This document shows, piece by piece, positions 37,858-49,434 of a stretch of 64,000 nt of DNA (position 1 is the stretch's first letter; every line of letters starts with the position of its first letter). The notes beneath the pieces were generated by a model that did no database searches, was not told where the DNA came from, and saw only the letters and a list, made by a program, of their open reading frames with translations. The translations under genes were made by a program, and so were the position numbers. The stretch comes from Selaginella moellendorffii. Its lineage: Eukaryota; Plantae; Lycopodiophyta. Location of the stretch: contig NW_003314347.1 in NCBI RefSeq assembly GCF_000143415.4, positions 457,438-521,437 on the forward strand, written 5' to 3'.

Positions 37858-40750
37858 GGCACCACCAACAAGAAAATGAAGAAACTAGAAAATGCCTGTG
37901 GAAGCTTTGGGAAGAACACAGGATGAAGTTCGACTGGGACGAGAAGAATACGCTGGGTGTTATATACGAGATGTTTGTTTTAAATCAATGTTTTCCGCTC
38001 TGCTGGTCTCTTGCAAATGTTTCTAGCTATGAGATAGATGCTTCAGACACACAAGGGACCAGGACCAAGAGCAAAGCTTGAATCTTTTGACCCCTCGACG
38101 AAAGGAAGCTAGAGACTCGTATAGGGATCTAAAAAACCTGTTGCTTGTCCCGCCATGCAAACATCACTCCCTTTCTCGCTCGTTAAATTGCGGTAGGATC
38201 TCTCAAGAACATGACCACTATACTGTTGATGACTATCGCTACAGTAGGATGGACTTTGTGGTATAGCTTGGGCTGGTGTGCTCCACAGAAGCAGCACGAA
38301 CTACACAGGAGGAAGAAAGAAAAGGTAGAGAAGAAAGTGAAGAAGAATCAATGAAGAAGACGAAGAAAGGAGCTAATTACTGCTGTCCGTGAAGATGAGT
38401 GGAGAGAGCAACTTCAAAGAGCTAAAACTTTCACACGACAAACGGTCAGACGGGAAACTGGAGCGATCTGGCACTAGTGCTGCCATTCCAGATCGATCAA
38501 TATTGTTTGACAACAATGATCTGACACACACAAGACTGTTTTCTTCGTCTCGGTAGCGCCCTTTCTACTGTTGCACAACAAACTATTGCACAGCCGTGGA
38601 AGGGAATAATAGTATATAGAAACCTGTTGTATCTCGTACTCTTGCTCTATAAATTCTCCATAAACTTAAAGCTTCTTCTTCCAGGCCTAGAGAAAAGTCG
38701 GCTTCAAACACACAGCATGGCCATCTTTTAGTGTGTACTGTGCAGAACTCTCCCTTTCAACCAGGTCATATAGTTTGCCACTTACTAGGCTTAGGTGGTG
38801 GGAAAGAAAAAACTGGAGTATTCCTTCTCACGTAGTGATGTTTCTATCTTATACTTAAGAACCTTGTGTTGGCTCGAGGAGTAGTACTACGAAGTGGTGT
38901 AATGAACGCAAAGCTTGGACAGGGCAGATTGCTACTGAACACTATTGCCACTGCTACAATTGTCTCAAATTTGCAGGGCAAACTTTCTTTTCCTTCTTGT
39001 GAATATTACAATTGTCTTTCATTGTGCAAGATAAAAATTAATTTATACCTCCCAATATATAGATATTTATATATAAAAAAATTTTTAATACAATTAATTC
39101 AATCACACAAAATCTTTGTTTCCTTTTTTTGATGACATGCATCATAAACATGCCCCTAATTGATCTTGTTGTAGTCATTATCACCATTTAAATAGATAAA
39201 CATCAAATCATCTAAAGTTTCAATCTTTAAAGAGCATTTTGAAGTAGTTTTTAACTGATTTTGATAAAAAAATCCACCTTTAGCACAAGTAGTGCTCATA
39301 GGTATCAAAGAGATAATTTTCCATAGTTCCATCAAATTAGAATATATATCTATCATGGAAATATCATCTCTGCATATTTACTAAGCCACTAGCTCATTTT
39401 TTATTAACAGATTACTTTGCATAGTAGTTACAAACTTTGTGAATTCTCCTTTACATTTTTCCCCATCAACAAAAGCACCATACTAGTTCAGTAAAATATT
39501 TAGCCATTTGTAAAAGTTGTTATCCAATTTTTCTTTATCATTTGAGTAATTCTTTGGGCTAAACAATTTTGTAGCATTGAATATGCCTATATCCTTTCCC
39601 ATTCTGGCCAGCATATTAATGTATAATTTCTGAATACATTCTTTGTTTAAATCTAAGCAAGAGCTCAAGCTCTCATCTCTTTTGCTCTCTGGAATAGGAG
39701 TATAATCTAAGGCATGCTTTTGTTATTCCCCTTTAGCATTTATAAACTTGATAAATTCATCTTTAGTAGCCTCCACAAAATTACTCAAGTGTTTCACACT
39801 AAAAGTCTCTTTCAGAAATTTTCTTTAGATACTTTTCAAAGTACCATCTAAATACCTAGCAATGTTAGCAATATCCACAATTTCAACTTTAAAAGATTTT
39901 GTTCAAACTATTCAATTCCAGAAGTATATAAGGTAGCATATGAATAAATGATCAATCTCTTTAAGACTTCCCCATGAAATAACTAACATATATTATGAAT
40001 TTGAAACATACCTATGTAAATATATTTATAGCATCTTTTAGAGGCTTAAAAGCTATGACTCTTTTTTAAAAGTATGCAACCATTTATAAATTTGATTGCA
40101 TAGCTTTTGAAAAATCATAAGTTTAAGAAATGCATGCACAACTTGCCACTAAACTTTATCTATGCGCTAAACAATGCATTCCAAACAAGTGTGGAATGTT
40201 ATGTTTCAATATTGTCACTAGACCAAATTATTTTCCAACCATAATAAAAGCTCCATCAGTTCCAATAACAACACATTTTCCCTTTTTAAAGTTCATTTCT
40301 TCCAAAACCTTTTTGATGGCTTCATATTTATTTACAACCTTTAGTTACCATCAATTTGAAAAAGCAAGTTTTATTCAGACTTTTTTCTTTTTCTTACATA
40401 TGGAAAGAGATGTATATGATAAGATGAGCTTCCAAACTTCTATCAGTATTGTTATCCACCATAATAGAAAAGTAAGGACTAGCTTAAATATTTTGGCAAA
40501 CATCTTTCCATCACACATCTTTTTTGCATTTTACAAACTCTTTCCCACTCATAGCATTCATATAAGTCCTATACTCTATAGTGATTGGCATATAGGGCAT
40601 TTCTATAAACCTATTAAATTCACACAAAGATTTATAGCTTTGTAAAGGTAATCCCTTATTCACAATGAAGTACATGTGTTGCATTAAGGAAATCAATTTA
40701 TTTTTGTGTTGATTTTTTTGAGCAATAATACATTTAAGGATAGATAACCC

Positions 40751-41906
40751 TGTAAGGAACCAACTCGCTGAGGTGTCGTAGGCTAAAGGAACCCCGAAAG
40801 CATGACCAAAATGACAAAGAGTTCATCGGATGGGACCAAATCGAAGATCGAGTCCAAGACCAACTCGGAGACCGAGTTCGAGATAGAGTCCAGAATCGAG
40901 TCCGAGGCTGACTCGGGGACCGAGTTTGAGACCGAGTTCGAGACGGAGTCCGAGATCCGAAATTGGGTCCAAGACTGAGTCCGAGGTTGAGTCCGAGGTC
41001 GGGTTTGAGATCGGGTCCGAGATTGAGTCCGAGATCGAATCCGAGACCGAATCCGAAGTCGGATCCGAAATCGAGTCCGAGATCGAGCCAGAGACTAAGT
41101 CCAAATACTAATACGGGTCAAGGGGTGAAAGCCCAAAGCGTGCATCTCCCAGGGGGGGGGGGGGGGGGGGGCTCCAGGCTGTTCTTCGAAGGCTCTTCAA
41201 AGGAGATGATCAAGTTCCTAGCTTGTTCCAGCTTTTAAGCTGGAAGGGAGAACTAAGCAGAGTCAAAATTCTATTTAGAAATTAAGTCGAATGCACTTTA
41301 ATGTGTGGCTTTAAAATTTGTAGAGTCTATCTTGGCCTTTGAGGTTATGTACAAGACTATGGGCCTTCTAACTATGGTGCTGCGGTGCTCCCAGCTCATG
41401 TGGAGTGGTGCCCCACTTGAGTACCTTGTGGCTCATTGGTCCTTGCCCTTCCTAGGGACTTGGGCCTTCCCTTCAGGATAGAAGTGGGGGGGTAGAGGTA
41501 CCCATACCGCACCATTAGGCCACAGTGTTTCGCCCCGATGTCCCGAAGCAAGTGTTGCACCTAAGGCTTGGGATTTAGAGGGTCCCATGATCAAGTCTTG
41601 TTGTACCAAGGGATGTTAGAAACCTTGAGGCTTGGTGTGCTTGGCTGCTTGTGCTTGCGGGGAGTGTAGCCGAACCTTAAGTCCAGTCTAACCTGGGGAG
41701 GGGGATTGGGAGAGATTGGGAATCCGTGGATGGATGGCTAATGCTCCGTTGCTCGTGCAGTGAGTAGCTGAAACCAAGTAGGACCAAGTAGGAGTTGGTA
41801 CCATAGGCGAGAACCTTGGCGAGGGAACTTAGCAAAAGCTAAGGCAATGTCAGACGGATAGACGAGGTAAGCTGGCAAATGGGAAAGGAAAAAATTGTGG
41901 CTTACA
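40751..41906 (+). repeat. 5' LTR (1156 bp)
   Basis: TG...CA ends; direct repeat of 47117-48262. Confidence 0.95.
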
Positions 41907-41909
41907 ATT

Positions 41910-41921
41910 TGGTATCGGAGC
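41910..41921 (+). promoter_or_regulatory. Primer-binding site, tRNA-iMet type
   Basis: TGGTATCGGAGC 3 nt after the LTR end (consensus TGGTATCAGAGC). Confidence 0.9.
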
Positions 41922-41965
41922 CTTTTCCTCAGTTCTAGCGAAGGATAGAGGCGGATTGCTGGGAG

Positions 41966-44900
41966 ATGGCAAGGGCAGGGCGTAAGCGAACCCAGGTGGA
42001 GATGGAACCTCCGCCAGAGCTGGAGCCTCCGGTCGAACAAGAGGCTATGGATGAGGAATCTTTGCATGAGGAGGACTCCAGTGAGGAAACTTCTAAACAG
42101 GAGTCCAGTGGCGAGGTTCGGTCGTCCAAGGCTCGATTGGACGTTCTAGAAGGACAATTGGCGCAGACCAATGCCCTGCTGGAGACTCTCGTACGCAAGC
42201 TAAAGCGTGACAAGAAGTGGAAGAAAAAGCGAAAGATTGTGGATGCTGGCAGCGCAAAAGGTGCGGACCCTTCGGCAGGGACTAAGGCAAAACCAGACAA
42301 GGTCGAACACAGGCAATTCCCAAGTACAAACCAAAACCCCCACTGGTCTTCAAGGGAGTGAACGACTATAAGGTTGTGGAGGATTGGTTTTACGATATGG
42401 AGGACTACTTCTGAGCGTTGCGGTTACCGAGCTCGGAGAAGGTCCCATGTGCAAAACCATACTTGGTAGATAATGCCAAGTCTTGGTGGAGAACAACGGA
42501 GGCCAACGAAGGACCGGTGGTCACTTGGGACATGATGAAGGCGAGGATCCGCGCAATATACGTTCCTCCGAATGCCACTCTGCATCTGAGAGATGAGCTG
42601 AGTAGGCTGAAGCAGACTGGAACCATCCAGGAATATGTGAATGGGTTCATGGCAAAGAGGATACTTGTCACGGACATGGGGGATATGGATGCGTTCCATG
42701 CCTTTATATCAAGTTTGCAAACCTGGGCTCGCGGTGAGGTGATGTGCTGGAACCCGACCAACTACAAGGAAGCGTTGGATGCGGCCATCAAGGTGCATTT
42801 CAACGATAACTTGCGAAAGGGGAACATGACGGGGTCGGGATCCACGTTTAGCAAAGGGGCCAAACCAAGGGGAACGTATAGCAAAGGGAAATTCAAGAAG
42901 AGTTTCTCTAAGAATGAGTCCTCGGGGTTCCAGAAAGGCAAATCCGGTGGCCAGCGAGCGAGTACGTGGGGGAGTCAAGTGAAAAGAGACAAACCCATGG
43001 ATAAGAAGGTCAAGTCGTATAGCAGCATGGGAAACAACGTATGCTACAACTGCGGTGAAGCGGGATACTTTTCGAGGGAATGTCCCTACGCGAAGAAGGC
43101 CAGAGCCAATATGGTTATCAAGTCGGGTGAAGTCCAAACTGAGGTATGTGATCCAGTCCCTAACTCAATGTTACTCATTACACGAGCAACTTTGGTAGAG
43201 AGTTGTTCGCGACATCTACTAGCCCTCCGAGGGAAGCTCGGAGGTAGCTTTGTTAAGATCTTTATTGACACGGGTGCTTCGGATAATTTTGTGGCTGTAG
43301 ACATAGTCCGGCAAGCCAGACTAATGGTGCAGCAACTAGGCGAACCAAGGACTATAGAGTTTGTTCAAGGTAGCTAAAGCACCGATGAGGTACTTCGACA
43401 AGGGAGAGTCGAAGTAGGGACATGGAAAGTAAACATGGATTTCACCGTGTTGGATATGGCGGGATTTGACGTGATCTTCAGAATGGATTGGTTCAATCGG
43501 TTCGTGGTAGCCCTGCATAGACAAGGTAGGAACCTTGTGGTACTAGCGAATGCCCAAGGAAGAAGATCTAGGGTGGAGGCCTAAGATCTAAAGGTAGGGC
43601 AAAGCAAGGCCAAAGATTCCTGCTTAAACTTGGTGTCCACGAGAGGACAACTCACTAAAGGAATTAAGGTAGCCTTTTTGTGCTTACTCTCGGTGAAGAG
43701 TGACAAAAAGACAGAAACGGAAGAAGTACCTTTAGTGATCTAGCGGGTGTTGGACCAATTCCAGGATACCATGCCAGAGGAGCTACCGGCGGGGTTGCCC
43801 CCCGCACGACCGATAGAACATAAAATTGAGCTGGTCGAGGGTGCTGAGGCGGTGGTTCGTCCCCCCTATCGTTTGAACGAAAAAGAACTCAAGGAGCTCA
43901 AGTGCCAACTAGAGGAGTTGGTGGACAAAGGGTATGTTAGGTTGAGCAAGTCGCCGTATGGGGCGCCGGTGTTATTTGTGAAAAAGAAAGATGGTTCTAT
44001 GCGCATGTGCATACACTATCGGTTGCTCAACAAGTATACAAAGAAGAACAAGTACCCTTTGCTAAGAATTGAGGACTTGTTCGATAAGTTGGGAAAGGCA
44101 AAATACTTCTCGAGGATTGACCTAAGGTCAGGATACTGCCAGATCAAGGTAGCTGAGGAAGATGTCGAGAAGATAACCTGTCGAACGAGGTATGGGAGCT
44201 TTGAGTTTCTGGTGATGCCCTTTGGGCTATGCAATGCGCCGGCAACGTTTTCGGCGCTGATGAACCACATCTTTGTACCCTATCTGGATCACTTCGTGGT
44301 CGTCTATATCGACGACATCCTGATCTATAGCGAGACGCTAAAGGAGCATGCCGAACACTTGGCGAAGGTGTTTGAGAAACTAAGGGAACACAAACTGTAT
44401 GCTAAAGAGAGCAAATGTGACTTTGCTCAACAAGAGGTAAAGTTTCTCGGGCATGTGGTGGGCCAGGACAGGCTCAAGGTGGACCCGGAGAAGGTCCAAG
44501 CGATCCAGGAATGGGAGTGACCATCGAGTGTATATGAGTTGAGGGCATTCTTGGGGCTATGCAACTACTATCTAAAGTTTATCAGACACTATTCGAGAGT
44601 AGCCCTGCCCTTAACGGACCAAACAGGAAAAGGGAAGATGGTATGGACAGCGGAATGTGAGGCGGCATTCGTCCACCTCAAAGGGAAATCGAGGAAGACC
44701 CCCGTGTTGGCATTACCAGACTTTGGTAAGGACTTTGAGGTAAAAACGGATGCTTCAGACTTTGCGTTGGGCGCGGTTTTGAAGCAAGACAACTATCCAG
44801 TAGCGTTCTTCTCGAAGAAATTGGACAAGGCTCAACGGAAGTGGCTTGCCCATGAGAAGGAATTGTTTGCGGTAGTCAAGGAGCTCAAGGAGTGGCGACA

Positions 44901-46712
44901 CTACCTTGGGAGACACTTCAAGGTTTACACGGACAATGTGGCAACGAAACACTTCTTGTCACAGCCCGATCTGAGAGGGAAACAAGGTCGGTGGGCCAAT
45001 GCCTTGGCCGAGTTTGATTGCGAGATTCTGTATAAGCCTGGGAAGAGCAACATCGTGGCGGATGCGCTAAGTCGAAAAGCGAGCTTGAGGTTGGCAATAT
45101 CCAGCGCAACAACAACCTTCTGGGACGATGTGCAGACAACATATGAGAACGATGGTCTAGCACAAGAAGTGTTGCTGAGGAACCTAGAGGCAAGGGAAGC
45201 TCACCAGAGAGGTGAGCTGCCAACGGAAGAGAAAACGGGCTATGCGGAACGCAACGGACTCATCTATTACAAGCAAACGAGGGTGTATGTTCCAAAAGGG
45301 GGACTAAGGAAGGTAGCCTTAGAAGAGTGTCATGACGGACTTCTTGCGGGACACGGCGGAGTGCCCAAGACGATGGGCTTACTCAAGAGGAAGTACCATT
45401 AGCCAGATATGGCTAAGGACGTCCAAGACTAAAAGACAAGTCTAACATGTTAGCAGGTCAAAGCCGTGACTAAGGCTAGTGGGGGCTTGTTGCAAAGCAT
45501 CCCAATTCCAGATCGTCCATGGAAATGTCTTACGATGGACTTCATCACGGGACTACCCCCAAGCGAGGGGTTTGATGCGATATTCGTGGTGGTGGATCGA
45601 TTTTTGAAGATGGCACATTTCATACCCACCACAACGGAAGTGGATGTGGAAGGTGTGGCGAAGCTGTTCTTTGAGCAAGTGGTTCGAGTGTGGGGAAGGC
45701 CAAAAGAGATTATCTCAGATCGAGATAAGATCTTCACTAGTAGGTTTTGGAGGACCCTCCTGGAACAGTATCGCACCAAGTTGAAATTCAGCACAGCCTA
45801 TCACCCACAGACAGGTATGGGGTATTAAGTCAAGTTGATGGCACTAACACTTCTTGATAGACGGACAAACAGAAAGGGTGAATAGGCAGCTGGAGGATTA
45901 TTTGCGATGCTATGTCTCAGGAGACCAGACCGATTGGGTAAGTCATTTGGGACTTGCAGAAATGTGTTATAATAACTCACCACATTCGAGCATCGGGGTG
46001 AGTCCATGGGAAGTCATCAATGGGCGAGCCATTGAAGGTCCTATGGAACTCGGCGTGGCTGAGTATCATGGAGAGCTACCCGCAGTGGAGGCATTCACGG
46101 CGGAAAGACTCAACATTTGGAATCTAGTGAGGGATTCCTTGGAACGGGCGCAACAAAGGCAAACCAAGTACGCGAACCAGAAGCGCCGGGACGTAGAGTT
46201 CCAAGCTGGGGAGAAGGTGTGGCTGAACACCAAGAACCTCAGGCTACCAAGTGGGATCAGCCAGAAGTTGACCCAAAGGTAAAAGTGCATGTATTCCTGT
46301 AAATGAATTGATCTGGAGTTCCTTAAGCAGGTTCGCGGGGCCTTACGAGATTGAGGCTCGAATCGGTAAAGTGCCTTACCGTCTCCGACTTCCTCGAGAG
46401 ATGTGGAAGATGCATCCCGTGTTCCACGTGAACTTACTCAAACCGTATTTTGAAGATCCGCTTCGCAAGGACCAAGTAAGACCTTTACCTGAGGTTATCC
46501 AAGGGGAAGAGGAATACGAAGTCGAAGCCATCCTCAATGCGCGCAAGAGCAAGCAACAAGGACGCGAGGTGAGAGAGTTCCATGTGAAGTGGAAAGGATT
46601 TCCACACTACGAAGCAACATGGGAACCGGAGGAGAACCTAGCGAACGCGCGAGATCTAGTGGAGGAATTTCTGCAAGGCAGAACTCTATGTACTTATGCA
46701 AAGTTCAATTAA
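41966..46712 (+). pseudogene. gag-pol: gag-pol polyprotein with in-frame stops, one gag frameshift and two introns in integrase (45815-45860, 46279-46330)
   Basis: CYNCGEAGYFSREC knuckle, protease IDTGAS, RT YIDD, RNase H TDASDFALG, INT HDG..GH, TMDF, SDRD, type-I-like chromodomain YEVEAIL..VKWKGF...TWEPEENL. Segments 42418-45814 share one frame; most stops look like CGA/CAA/CAG/TGG transitions. Confidence 0.93.
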
Positions 46713-47104
46713 AAGTATCAATTTGTGAAGTTGAGCAATGGCATATGTTGGGACCCGAAGGTGCGCCGAAGGTAAGCTAATTAGCATGGGTTAGCTAGGT
46801 CGACCAGGCGTAGGGAGCTACGCCTGACTCCCTGCGGGGATGTCGAATCCGTAGACGTATTCTACGGAGGTTGGGTTCGAGTCCTAACCCCCTAGTAAAG
46901 CAAGGCTGGGTTCAAGTCCCAACCCCATACTAGGGCGTGGTGAGGTGAGGAGTATAGGGACACATATATTCCGTTGTCATGGGCTCTTGGCCGAGGAGGC
47001 TAACTTAGGCACACCGCTAAGTGGGGGGATGCCCCCGGAGACATGGTTAACAAGTCATAGGATCAAAAGAGAGACGTTCGATGTGGGCATCGAACTTTTT
47101 CTAT

Positions 47105-47115
47105 GGGTGGTGGAG
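47105..47115 (+). promoter_or_regulatory. Polypurine tract
   Basis: GGGTGGTGGAG immediately before the 3' LTR. Confidence 0.75.
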
Positions 47116-47116
47116 T

Positions 47117-48262
47117 TGTAAGGAACCAACTCGCCGAGGTGTCGTAGGCTAAAGGAACCCCGAAAGCATGACCAAAATGACAAAGAGTTCATCGGATGGG
47201 ACCAAGTCGAAGATCGAGTCCAAGACCGACTCGGAGACCGAGTTCGAGATAGAGTCCAGAATCGAGTCCGAGGCCGACTCGGGGACCGAGTTCGAGACCG
47301 AGTTCGAGACCGAGTTCGAGACGGAGTCTGAGATCCAAAATCGGGTCCAAGACCGAGTCCGAGGTTGAGTCTGAGGTCGGGTCGATCTCGGACTCGATTT
47401 CGGATCCGACTTCGGATTCGGTCTCGGATTCGATCTCGGACTCGATCTCGGACCCGATCTCGGAGCCAAAGACTAAGTCCAAATACTAATACGGGTCAAG
47501 GGGTGAAAGCCCAAAGCGTGCGTCTCCCAGGGGGGGGGGCTGCAGGGGGTTCCAAAAGTATAGTAGGGATAGTGAGGTCCAGGAACCAGTTTTGAAGGGA
47601 CTCTCCAGTGGGGCTCCCAAACCGACTTGAGGTTGAGATTGGGATCGAGGGGCCTTGGGTGGGAGTGAGCATGGACTTGGCTGGTGCCGGAGGGGCTATC
47701 CAAGGAAGTGCTCAAGAGCAGCTCCCACTCCCGAAAGGGAAACCGATTGCGGTGCTCCCAGCTCATGTGGAATGGTGCCCCACTTGAGTACCATGCGGCT
47801 CATTGGTCCTCGCCCTTCCTAGGGGCTTGGGCCTTCCTTCGGGATGGAAGTGGGGGGGTAGAGGTACCCATACCGGGCCGCTAGGCCACAGTGTTTCGCC
47901 CCAGCGTCCCGAAGCAAGTGTTGCACTCAAGACTTGGGATTTAGAGGGTCCCATGATCAAGTCTTGTGGTACCAAAGGATGTTAGGAACCTAGAAGTTTG
48001 GTGTGCTTGGCTACTTGTGCTTGCGGGGAGTGTAGCCGAACCTTAAGTCCAGTTTAACCTGGGGAGGGGGATTGGGAGAGATTGGGAATCCGTGGATGGA
48101 TGGCTAACGCTCCATTGCTCGTGCAATGAGTAGCTGAAACCAAGTAGGAGTTGGTACTATAGGCGAGAACCTTGGTGAGGGAACTTAGCAAAAGCTAAGG
48201 CAGTGTCAGACGGATAGACGAGGTAAGCCGGCAAATGGGAAAGGAAAAATTTGTGGCTTACA
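47117..48262 (+). repeat. 3' LTR (1146 bp)
   Basis: TG...CA ends followed by the AACCC TSD. Confidence 0.95.
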
Positions 48263-49434
48263 AACCCTTTCTTCTTCTTTATTTCTCAAATAACCATAGC
48301 TAGTTGATATTGTTTGGAATTGTTATGCTATTTTAAAATTGGTTTTTGAAAAGTCAAAGAACCATCCTTACGAAAAAAATTATCCTTTTTAGCATATACA
48401 TATATCGTACATTTTATTCTTTAATTGCCTCCAACATCTATCACAAGATACACCCAAGGAAAACTAAGTTTCCACTTAGTTCTGAATGCTTTATTATTTT
48501 TCCTCTTTTTATTGGTTGTAGTATTAGTTTCTTCTTCTGTTGTTGAAAGATGTTCATCCTCTGATCTAATTTTAAATCCTTCACCAAAAAAGGAATCATA
48601 AAGCTCTTGCCTTGCAATATTTTGTTAACCTATATTTCTTTTCTCCTTCTCATAGGCAATAGCAAAAAATGCTTCAATCCTATGTTGTTGCTGTCACTAT
48701 CACTGCTTTCCCATTTGAATTCAATGAAGTTGACATGGATTAGGTTTAGGGCAGGTTGTTATACACTAGGATATTTTTACAATATTCTTAATAATATTTG
48801 ATAGAATATTATCTGTACTGCAATGTACGAATTTTCTTTGCCCAGCAAGTGGCAACACTAAAATATTTCTATACTTCATTAGTGCAAGGTGAAAATTGAA
48901 CATTTCTTTCAAGTAGCAACGTAAATTAGAAATCAGTCTTCAAATGCAAAGTAAACATGCCTTTGCAAGGCGCAAGGTGCAAAACTGAGGCCTACATTGT
49001 CATCCCTAAATGTGATTTGGGTGCCACAGTTCTAAAGAGACTGTCGCTATAGGAGAGCTTATGAGGATGTTGAGATATTGCTGTAAGTTCCTTCATGCAC
49101 TTCACAGTGATCGTAAATGCCTTGTGATGGCATCCTAAACTTGTACTGTGGCATCTGCATTGCCAGTTCAAAGATTAAATAGCCCACAACCAAGAACAAA
49201 GTGAAGAAAATGAGAAAAAATCTAAGAATGTTGCTGTCCCTTAAGTTTCTCTTGCCATAAATTCGCTGCTACAATAGCTTATATCCTTTCTACGCTTTAA
49301 GTTTCAGTGCCCGTAGCGGATTTGGACACTGTTGACCACAATTGACTATCGTTCACCAATGGACCGTTAACTTTGCTGACTATGCTGGGTTCGATTCCTG
49401 CGCTGGGCGATATTGCCAGGGCTAGGGTTCTTCG

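Larger units (their letters stand above)
40751..48262 (+). mobile_element. Full-length Ty3/gypsy chromovirus LTR retrotransposon (decayed)
   Basis: TGTAAG...CTTACA LTRs, 5-bp TSD AACCC (40746-40750, 48263-48267), PBS, PPT, gag-PR-RT-RH-INT-chromodomain order. Confidence 0.97.
38957..48994 (-). mobile_element. hAT DNA transposon interrupted by the LTR retrotransposon
   Basis: TSD cactgcta / cattgtca; hAT sequence resumes exactly after 48267. Confidence 0.85.

Noticed and set aside
40823-41238. DS/ES/SPR-repeat ORFs in the LTRs
   Set aside because: By-product of a stop-free hexamer array; disrupted by the inversion between the LTRs
42261-42301. 41-nt GT..AG segment whose removal would repair the gag frameshift
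   Set aside because: GC-rich, no pyrimidine tract, AAG acceptor and very short; a simple 1-nt deletion explains the shift equally well. Worth rechecking in sister copies.
46869-46925. tRNA genes
   Set aside because: Only T-arm-like hairpins; no D arm, anticodon arm or acceptor stem recognised
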